NCBI GenBank assembly: GCA_048499675.1
Contig: JASNZL010000004.1
Span: forward strand, 28,463 to 92,462
Direction of reading: 5' to 3'
DNA: 64,000 nt
DNA from: Candidatus Zambryskiibacteriota bacterium
Lineage (GTDB): Bacteria > Patescibacteriota > Minisyncoccia > Phycocordibacterales > WO2-35-19
The notes under the pieces were generated by a model. The model was given only the letters and a program-made list of their open reading frames with translations. It made no database searches and was not told where the DNA came from. The translations under genes and the position numbers were made by a program. Position 1 is the stretch's first letter. The number at the start of each line of letters is the position of its first letter. Shown here piece by piece: positions 57,696 to 64,000 of this stretch.

Positions 57696-58835
57696 ATGAA
57701 AATTGTATTTACGGGTGGAGGAAGTGGGGGACACTTTTATCCAATAATAGCCATTGCAGAATCCATAAAAAAAATATCTAAAGAAAAGAAATTTCTATCA
57801 CCAGAGATGTATTTTTTTGGTCCAACCCCATATAACCCCGGACTTCTTTTTGATCATGGAATTATTTATAAAAAAGTTACAGCCGGAAAATTAAGGAGAT
57901 ACTTCTCGATAAAAAATTTTTTTGATTTATTTAAAACCGCTTGGGGCACTCTAAAAGCACTATTTGATATTTTTGGAATTTATCCAGACGTTGTTTTTAG
58001 CAAAGGGGGTTATGGTAGTTTCCCCGTTGTCCTTGCGGCAAGAATTTTAAGAATCCCAGTTTTTGTACATGAATCTGACTCAGCTCCAGGTAGAGCCAAT
58101 AAGTGGGCAGGAAAATTCGCAACAAGAATTGCTCTTTCTTACCGAGAAGCTTCTGAATATTTTAAAAGAAAAGATGCAATCGCTTATACCGGACAACCAA
58201 TAATAGAAGAAAAATTAACTCCAATTACAAACGGCGCCTTTGAATTTTTTAATTTTGATGAAAGCATCCCTGTAATATTTATTATCGGAGGTTCACAAGG
58301 AGCAAACATAATCAATAATATTATTCTTGACTCACTTCCTTTGCTCATAAAGGAGTATCAAATTATTCACCAAACAGGTGCGGGTAATATAGATGTAATC
58401 AAAGAATCTGCTGATGCCATTTTGCTCGATAACCCAAACAGAAAAAGATATAAAGCGTTTGGATATATGAATAATCTTGAAATGAGGATGGCCTCTGGTG
58501 CCTGTAGTCTTGTGATAAGTAGAGGTGGCTCTACTATATTTGAAATTGCATCATGGCACAAACCATCGATCATTATCCCGATTACAGAATCAAACGAAAA
58601 CCACCAAGTAAAAAATGCTTTTGCATATGCAAGGAGTGGCGCCTGCTCTGTTATCCAAGAAGAAAATTTAAAAGTAAATATAATTCTTTCTGAAATAAGA
58701 AGAATTTTGGAGAACGAAGAACTAAAAAACAAAATGACCCTTGGAGCAGAAAACTTTTTTAAAGTCGGTGCATCAGATGAGATAGCAAAAGAAATACTAA
58801 AAATTGCTCTGTCTCACGAAGGATTGGAAGAGTAA
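57696..58835 (+). CDS. murG: Undecaprenyldiphospho-muramoylpentapeptide beta-N-acetylglucosaminyltransferase
   Basis: MKIVFTGGGSGGHFYP and the C-terminal GT-B UDP-GlcNAc-binding domain are present. Confidence 0.9.
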   Translation: MKIVFTGGGSGGHFYPIIAIAESIKKISKEKKFLSPEMYFFGPTPYNPGLLFDHGIIYKKVTAGKLRRYFSIKNFFDLFKTAWGTLKALFDIFGIYPDVVFSKGGYGSFPVVLAARILRIPVFVHESDSAPGRANKWAGKFATRIALSYREASEYFKRKDAIAYTGQPIIEEKLTPITNGAFEFFNFDESIPVIFIIGGSQGANIINNIILDSLPLLIKEYQIIHQTGAGNIDVIKESADAILLDNPNRKRYKAFGYMNNLEMRMASGACSLVISRGGSTIFEIASWHKPSIIIPITESNENHQVKNAFAYARSGACSVIQEENLKVNIILSEIRRILENEELKNKMTLGAENFFKVGASDEIAKEILKIALSHEGLEE

Positions 58836-58879
58836 GAAAAAAGCTTAGAGGTTTTAGGTATAAGGTATAAGGGGTGCCG

Positions 58880-59030
58880 AAACTCTAAACAATAAAAACA
58901 TAAAAAAATTCAAATCTCAAAATTTTTTTAATTTTTAATTTTTAATTTAGAATTTTAAATAAATTTTCAATGGATTTAATTTAAAATTTAATCCTTACTC
59001 GTAACTCGTGTTTCGTAACTCGTCTCTTTT
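58880..59030. repeat. Repeat block (motif C plus a reverse-complement motif A) upstream of gltX
   Basis: ccttactcgtaactcgtgtttcgtaactcgtctc is the reverse complement of motif A. It is followed by TGTGCTATAAT, an extended -10, at about 59027-59038. Confidence 0.55.
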
Positions 59031-59046
59031 GTGCTATAATGAATAA

Positions 59047-60399
59047 ATGGCTCTAAATAATGATATTATAGTTAGATTTCCACCTTCACCTACCGGTTTT
59101 TTGCATATAGGTAATGCTCGTACCTTTCTTTTTAATTATCTTTTTGCCAAGAAAAACAGTGGTAAAATCGTTTTTAGACTTGAAGATACTGACAAAGAAA
59201 GATCAAAAAAGGAGTACGAGGACGACATAATAGAAAATTTAAAATGGCTCGGAATAGAACCTGATTTTTCGACACAAATAAGACAATCAGAGAGGGGTCA
59301 TATCTACAAAAAATATATAGAAGAAATGATAGCAAAAGGCAAAGCCTATATCTCAAAAGAGGAGAAAACTGAAGAAGGCCAGAGGGACGAGGTAATAAGA
59401 TTTAGAAATCCAAACAAAGAGATTATATTTAGTGATTTAATTAGGGGTGATATAAAATTCGACACAACTGAACTTGGAGATTTTGTAATAGCAAAAAGCC
59501 TTGAAGAGCCAGTTTACCACCTAGCAGTTGTTATTGATGATTTCCTTATGGGAGTAAATCATATAATAAGAGGGGACGATGGTATATCAAATACCCCAAG
59601 ACAAATTCTTATCCAAGAAGCCATCGGAGCGAATAGACCAACCTATGCTCACTTGCCTTTAATGCTAGCACCCGACAAAACAAAGCTTTCAAAAAGAAAG
59701 CACGGCGAGACCGTTTCGGTTAAATATTATAGAGAAAAAGGCTATATAAAAGAAGCTGTCGTTAACTACCTAGCTCTTGTTGGTTGGAATCCAGGGGTTA
59801 ATCAGGAACTTTTTAGTCTAGACGAATTAATTAATTTTTTTGATATAAAAAAGGTCCAAAAAAAGGGCGCCATTTTTGATTTAGAAAAATTAAACTGGGT
59901 CAACAGACAATATTTATTGCAGACTCCACACAACCTCCAAATAGAAGAACTTAAAAATCAAATAAATAAAACTGAACTTGCAAATCACAAAAAAATGGAT
60001 GATTCCGTTTTTGTAACAAACTTTTTGATTATATTGATGGAGAGAATAAATGTTTGGAGTGATATTAAAATGAGTATAGAAGAAGGGGAGTATGATTACC
60101 TTTTTGAAGAACCAGAGATAGACCCCAACCTTATAAAATGGAAATATACGGATAATCCAACCACACTTAAACACTTAATATTCCTTAAACAATTAATAGA
60201 AAATTCAAAAGAGAAAGAATTAATTACTGAAGAAATAAAATCTTACGCAGAAAAAGAGGGGAAGGGAGATGTATTGTGGCCACTTCGCTATTCCCTATCG
60301 GGAAGAGAAAAATCACCAGACCCATTTACCTTGGTTAATATTTTAGAAATTGAAGAATCTATAAATCGATTATCAAAAGCTATCAGTTTATTGTCATAA
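59047..60399 (+). CDS. gltX: Glutamate--tRNA ligase
   Basis: RFPPSPTGFLHIGNART is the class I HIGH motif. KLSKRK is the KMSKS-like motif. Confidence 0.9.
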   Translation: MALNNDIIVRFPPSPTGFLHIGNARTFLFNYLFAKKNSGKIVFRLEDTDKERSKKEYEDDIIENLKWLGIEPDFSTQIRQSERGHIYKKYIEEMIAKGKAYISKEEKTEEGQRDEVIRFRNPNKEIIFSDLIRGDIKFDTTELGDFVIAKSLEEPVYHLAVVIDDFLMGVNHIIRGDDGISNTPRQILIQEAIGANRPTYAHLPLMLAPDKTKLSKRKHGETVSVKYYREKGYIKEAVVNYLALVGWNPGVNQELFSLDELINFFDIKKVQKKGAIFDLEKLNWVNRQYLLQTPHNLQIEELKNQINKTELANHKKMDDSVFVTNFLIILMERINVWSDIKMSIEEGEYDYLFEEPEIDPNLIKWKYTDNPTTLKHLIFLKQLIENSKEKELITEEIKSYAEKEGKGDVLWPLRYSLSGREKSPDPFTLVNILEIEESINRLSKAISLLS

Positions 60400-60418
60400 T
60401 TTATTCCCTAAAAAATAA

Positions 60419-60595
60419 ATGCTATTAAATTTATTCAAAAAATTAAAAAATTATAGGAAAGATCAAAAAAATATTTTTTTTACTATTCTTCTAATTCCTA
60501 TTATTGGTATATTTTTGTCATTTACCAACACTTCTTATTCGCAATCCATAGACGTAATTAAGACAAACATAGACTCCCTCATGGTGACAAAATAA
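60419..60595 (+). pseudogene. N-terminal signal-anchor fragment (58 codons), apparently separated from the M23 peptidase by a +1 frameshift in an A-run
   Basis: It reads MLLNLFKKLKNYRKDQKNIFFTILLIPIIGIFLSFTNTSYSQ... in frame 2, with stop taa at 60593. Skipping one base at acaaaa|t|aag joins it to the frame-0 ORF that continues into the peptidase. Confidence 0.45.
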
Positions 60596-60671
60596 GGCAA
60601 CTAGAAGAAGAAGAAATCAGATAAAAAAGACCGAAACTAATATCCAAAAAACAAACGAAACCATAAGTAGT

Positions 60672-61637
60672 TTGGGTCTTCAAATTGGTGACACTGAAGT
60701 AAAGATAAGCGCTAATTCAGATGCCATAGCAAAAGCCCTAAACAGTATGCGCCAGCGAGACGATGTTTCTATGATCGAAACCCTTTTGACTAATAAAAGC
60801 ATTTCTGAATTTTTGAATGAATACGAATCAGTAAGTCAATTTCAACAAAAAGTTAGAGAACAATCCAAAGAGCTTTCTTATTATAAAGAGGAACTGGGAA
60901 CCAAAAAAACTGATACAGAAAAAGAAAAGAGCAAATTAATTGCACTGAAGAGTCAATTGAGTGACCAAAATAAAATACTTGAAATAAGCCGAAAAGAACA
61001 AGCAGATTTACTCAAAGCTACACAAAACAAAGAATCAGAGTACCGAAACTTGCTTGCGAGCAAACAAGCAGAAAAAGAAAGGTTTGAGAAAGAACTTTTT
61101 GAATTTGAATCTGCGCTCAAAAGAGCGGTTGACCCCGGAAGCTATCCTTCGCCAAGAAAAGGTATTTTGTCATGGCCATTAGACAATATATTTATTACCC
61201 AACCTTTTGGGAAAACAGTTGACTCCAAGAGACTCTACGTATCAGGAACGCACAATGGAGTCGATTTTAGAGCAAGTAGAGGTACAAGAGTTATGTCAGT
61301 CTTGGATGGTATTGTAGAAGGTACCGGAAATACTGATGAACAAATAGGGTGTTACTCGTATGGTAAATGGGTCCTAATAAAGCACCCGAACGGCCTCACA
61401 AGTTTATACGCTCACCTCGACCTAATAAAAGTAAGTGCTGGAGAGAGGGTTTCGACTGGAGATATCATAGGATATAGTGGTCAGACCGGTTATTCCACTG
61501 GACCACACCTACACTTGACATTGCTTGCAAGTCAGGGTGTAGAGATACAAAGATATTCCTCCAGCAGAAACTGTAAAAATGTGAGTATTCCAATTGCAGA
61601 TACTAAATCATATTTAGATCCTATGCTATACTTCTAA
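60672..61637 (+). CDS. M23 (LytM-domain) metallopeptidase with an N-terminal coiled coil. The annotated start is a TTG; the frame is open from 60588.
   Basis: HNGVDFRASRGTRVMSVLDGIV and GYSGQTGYSTGPHLHL carry the HxxxD and HxH motifs. The coiled coil spans about residues 20-160. Confidence 0.8.
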   Translation: MGLQIGDTEVKISANSDAIAKALNSMRQRDDVSMIETLLTNKSISEFLNEYESVSQFQQKVREQSKELSYYKEELGTKKTDTEKEKSKLIALKSQLSDQNKILEISRKEQADLLKATQNKESEYRNLLASKQAEKERFEKELFEFESALKRAVDPGSYPSPRKGILSWPLDNIFITQPFGKTVDSKRLYVSGTHNGVDFRASRGTRVMSVLDGIVEGTGNTDEQIGCYSYGKWVLIKHPNGLTSLYAHLDLIKVSAGERVSTGDIIGYSGQTGYSTGPHLHLTLLASQGVEIQRYSSSRNCKNVSIPIADTKSYLDPMLYF

Positions 61638-61672
61638 TTTGCAAAATTTTTAAATAAATTATAATTATTTAT

Positions 61673-61951
61673 ATGCCATTCAAAAAAAGTAAATTTAGAA
61701 GGGGAGCCGGTTTTATCCAAATTACTCTCATAATCGTGGGAGCTCTGGTTATATTGAAGTATGCCTATGATATAGATATCGTCGGATACTTAACCACAGG
61801 CAAATTTAGAGAGTATCTTGATAAGTTTTACTTTTTAGGATTGAAGGGCTGGAACAACTACAGCGACACAATAATCAATGTATGGAACATGACAGTCGAT
61901 TTTGTGAAAAATCTACTATCAAAGAGAACGGGAGAGAGTGTGGAAATATAA
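61673..61951 (+). CDS. Small membrane protein, hypothetical
   Basis: 92 aa with one TM helix (GFIQITLIIVGALVIL). Confidence 0.35.
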   Translation: MPFKKSKFRRGAGFIQITLIIVGALVILKYAYDIDIVGYLTTGKFREYLDKFYFLGLKGWNNYSDTIINVWNMTVDFVKNLLSKRTGESVEI

Positions 61952-62105
61952 ACCAATATATAAATATAATTAGTGCCTAAAACAAAAAAATATTAAGAGG
62001 GAAGAGTTATAGGTTTGTGCTAAAGGTTTATTTAAGCCTTATTTTTATATGATTTAATGTGACAAAAGATATATTGTGGGACATTACTAATCTTTCTACA
62101 TAGAG

Positions 62106-62114
62106 TTATCCACA
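62106..62114 (+). promoter_or_regulatory. Isolated consensus DnaA box TTATCCACA
   Basis: Exact 9-mer in the 460 bp intergenic region between 61951 and 62411. Confidence 0.3.
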
Positions 62115-62377
62115 GGTACATAAAATGGATTGAATAATTTTTAATTAACCACTTCCCTCGGACTAAGTCTTCCTCAAAATATTTTAGTGATTATTTTTAT
62201 TTTATTTATTAAATCAGAATTAAATTTTGGAGAGAGTAGGGCTCCACGAAGAAAGTCTCTGAGATTATAAGAATCTCAAATATCTAAACTAGAATTTTGT
62301 TTCTTATTACTTCCCCACTCGAGCGTACTCTCAATTGATTGGCATACTTGAAAGTAATAGTATTTTTTGCAAACAAA

Positions 62378-62408
62378 AATTCCGCAGTAAGGCGGAATTT
62401 TTGTTAAG
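62378..62408. terminator. Bidirectional intrinsic terminator (aaaaattccgc-agtaag-gcggaatttttg)
   Basis: An 8-9 bp stem flanked by A- and T-runs, immediately 3' of the minus-strand gene that ends at 62411. Confidence 0.6.
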
Positions 62409-62410
62409 TA

Positions 62411-63016
62411 TTATTTCATTGCTAATTCTTTGTATTCAGAATAAGCAACTGATTTTGACCAACATGGTGAAGATGATATCCAAGGCTGTACTCCTGATTT
62501 CTCATAGATGTACCTTGCATAAGCTGTATTGCCTTCGATAGTTAATATGTCATAACCAAGTTTTTTTGAGTCTTCCAAATGGTAGAACTCATTTACCTGC
62601 ATAACACCTCTATCAAGACTATTTACTTCTCCTCTTAAGACTTCGCCATTTTCGTCGTGCTGACGAAATCTAGATTCACACCAAGCAATCTCAACCATTA
62701 TAGGTATGTCTGAAAAATAATTTCTAACATACTCCTCAACTGTAATACTTCTTTCTACCTGTGTTTTCTTATCTTCTTTAGGTAGTGTTTCTTTTACTTC
62801 TATTCTTTCCGGCTGAATTAAGGGAACAACATTATTCTTTGTTCCAAATCCGGTAAAGCTAGATGCTATCATTAGCATCCCCACAGCAGTAGTTTGAAAA
62901 ATAAGCCAATTGTTTAATTTTAATCTCGGTATAATAACTATTTTTATCTCCCCTATTTTATTAGTAGAAGAATAGTTATAACCAAGGAATCCGAAGTGAA
63001 AGTAATTCATAAACAC
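62411..63016 (-). CDS. Membrane-anchored lysozyme-like / lytic transglycosylase (GH23-like) domain protein
   Basis: IAWCESRFRQHD...RGVMQVNEFYH matches the E-S...G-x-MQ(I/V) pattern of SLT/GH23 domains. There is an N-terminal TM helix. The start codon is uncertain. Confidence 0.45.
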   Translation of the reverse strand: MFMNYFHFGFLGYNYSSTNKIGEIKIVIIPRLKLNNWLIFQTTAVGMLMIASSFTGFGTKNNVVPLIQPERIEVKETLPKEDKKTQVERSITVEEYVRNYFSDIPIMVEIAWCESRFRQHDENGEVLRGEVNSLDRGVMQVNEFYHLEDSKKLGYDILTIEGNTAYARYIYEKSGVQPWISSSPCWSKSVAYSEYKELAMK

Positions 63017-63411
63017 GAACCTAAGTTTTTAGTTTATGCTTTACACTCTAGACTCTAGGTTTTAGGCCATATAATGACCTATCCCCTTTTAAACGCAAAA
63101 TCCAGCTATATACTGGACTCTTATACAAGTATAGCATACTTTAGACTTGCCGTCAAGCCCAAAATATGGTCAAATAATAACGGCCATTGATACGAAAGAC
63201 ATACGAAATAATACGAAAAGCTACGAAAATTGATATAAATAAAAAAGTTATACAGTACCCATAAATTACTAATTTATAAATACCAAATTACAGTATCCAA
63301 ACTACAAACAATAAACAAATAACAAAATACAAATCCTAAAATGTTTTTTGTGCTTTATTTACTGTGCTTTTTTGTGTTCTGTTTACTGTGTTGTGTATAT
63401 TTATTGTTTTA

Positions 63412-63536
63412 ATTTTCAATCTTTCAACCTTCAATCTATCGTACCTCGTTTCCCCAATTCGTGTCATTCGCCCGCCTGCAACGCCTGAAGCGTAGCACTG
63501 GCGGGCAGGCATACATTCGTGTATTGGTGTCGCATA
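63412..63536. repeat. Motif A/C (reverse complement) plus a motif F copy with a GC-rich internal insertion
   Basis: aattcgtgtcattcgc[ccgcctgcaacgcctgaagcgtagcactggcgggcaggcatacattcgt]gtattggtgtcg. Upstream is ggggaaacgaggtacgatagattgaaggttgaaagattgaaaatt in reverse complement. Confidence 0.5.
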
Positions 63537-64000
63537 CTAGAACTCCTTATAATTAGGATCTATAGCAAAGTTTGCAATGATAGTTGTATTTCCATTTATT
63601 GTTGTTGAACACGTCCCCCTTCCGGTACATCCTCCCCCACTCCATCCAGTAAATATTCTTCCTGTCCCTGGTTCGGCAGTCAAATCTACAGATGTACCTT
63701 CATCATACGAAATAGTACAAACAGAACCGCAATTAATATTTGTCTGAGCTGGATTTGAAGAACTGGTCACCGTTCCCTGTCCTGATTTAATAACAGTCAA
63801 ACTGTATGTTGGAGTCACAGCACTATTTACAGTCACCACGGCCTGACTGGATTCATTAGGTACTCCGGACTTAGAACAAGTGATTGTGTAGGTATAGGTT
63901 CCGGCGGTTAGGCCTGTTCTAGATTCAGTACCACCAGTTGCTGACTTTGTGCCAGACCAACTACCAGAGGCAGTACATGATGTTGGACTACCAGTTGTTG
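63537..64000 (-). CDS. 3'-terminal part of a large secreted protein made of divergent InlB B-repeat (Flg_new_2-like) domains. The gene continues beyond the window.
   Basis: The frame stays open to the window edge. Repeats of the form TCSKSGVPNESSQAVVTVN... and LTVIKSGQGTVTSS...NCGSVCTISYDEGTSVDLTAEPGTGRIFTGWSGGGCTGRGTCSTTINGNTTIIANF match the B-repeat consensus (GWSG..C.G...C). Confidence 0.6.
   Translation of the reverse strand, partial: TTGSPTSCTASGSWSGTKSATGGTESRTGLTAGTYTYTITCSKSGVPNESSQAVVTVNSAVTPTYSLTVIKSGQGTVTSSSNPAQTNINCGSVCTISYDEGTSVDLTAEPGTGRIFTGWSGGGCTGRGTCSTTINGNTTIIANFAIDPNYKEF

Noticed and set aside
62335-62541. A 68 aa plus-strand ORF.
   Set aside because: It overlaps the 3' part of the lysozyme-like gene on the opposite strand and has an atypical sequence.
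63469-63510. The GC-rich insertion in the motif F copy as a clean hairpin.
   Set aside because: The complementary segments (cccgcc/ggcggg and cctgc/gcagg) are arranged so that they cannot both pair in a single stem. There are only short alternative helices.

Overview
This is a 64 kb, AT-rich (about 33% GC) chromosomal segment on which nearly every large ORF has a confident homolog. The gene content and organisation point to a small-genome, CPR/Patescibacteria-like bacterium; that assignment is inference only. Supporting signs are the rpsP-KH-trmD arrangement, rpoB-rpoC fused directly to dnaG-rpoD, a short AspRS without the GAD insertion, a short UvrC, a four-helix-bundle gene inside the dcw cluster, and many short standalone genes.

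Core housekeeping content:
- Central carbon: pyk (5' partial), D-2-hydroxyacid dehydrogenase, PEP synthase and glycerate 2-kinase.
- Regulation: an ECF sigma factor with an adjacent membrane protein, and an orphan sensor histidine kinase.
- Translation and transcription: rpsP, KH protein, trmD, rpoB, rpoC, dnaG and rpoD.
- Four aminoacyl-tRNA synthetases: hisS, trpS, aspS and gltX.
- Chromosome and envelope: scpA, scpB, a D-Ala-D-Ala carboxypeptidase, mraY, ftsW, murG, uppP, a DsbA-like protein, an L,D-transpeptidase and an M23 peptidase.

Accessory or unusual content:
1. A degraded IS30-family element at 24.5-25.5 kb sits in a locally GC-richer patch. A UvrD-helicase/Cas4-like-nuclease fusion gene lies immediately downstream.
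2. A roughly 6.2 kb segment is bracketed by a 30-34 bp direct repeat that duplicates the 5' end of mraY. It carries an operon with one full-length PEP-synthase/rifampin-phosphotransferase-like dikinase, a histidine-phosphatase-family protein, and two truncated paralogs that keep only the phosphohistidine swivel domain. A GC-rich tail follows.
3. A T-box leader with an intrinsic terminator lies upstream of aspS.
4. A family of mosaic AT-rich intergenic repeats is scattered through the window. One copy appears to be inserted in-frame inside a methyltransferase gene.
5. Three consensus DnaA boxes sit upstream of the rpoB promoter.
6. The M23 peptidase appears frameshifted in an A-run.

I found no rRNA, tRNA or CRISPR array. 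All calls come from reading the sequence and the ORF translations; no database search was run.
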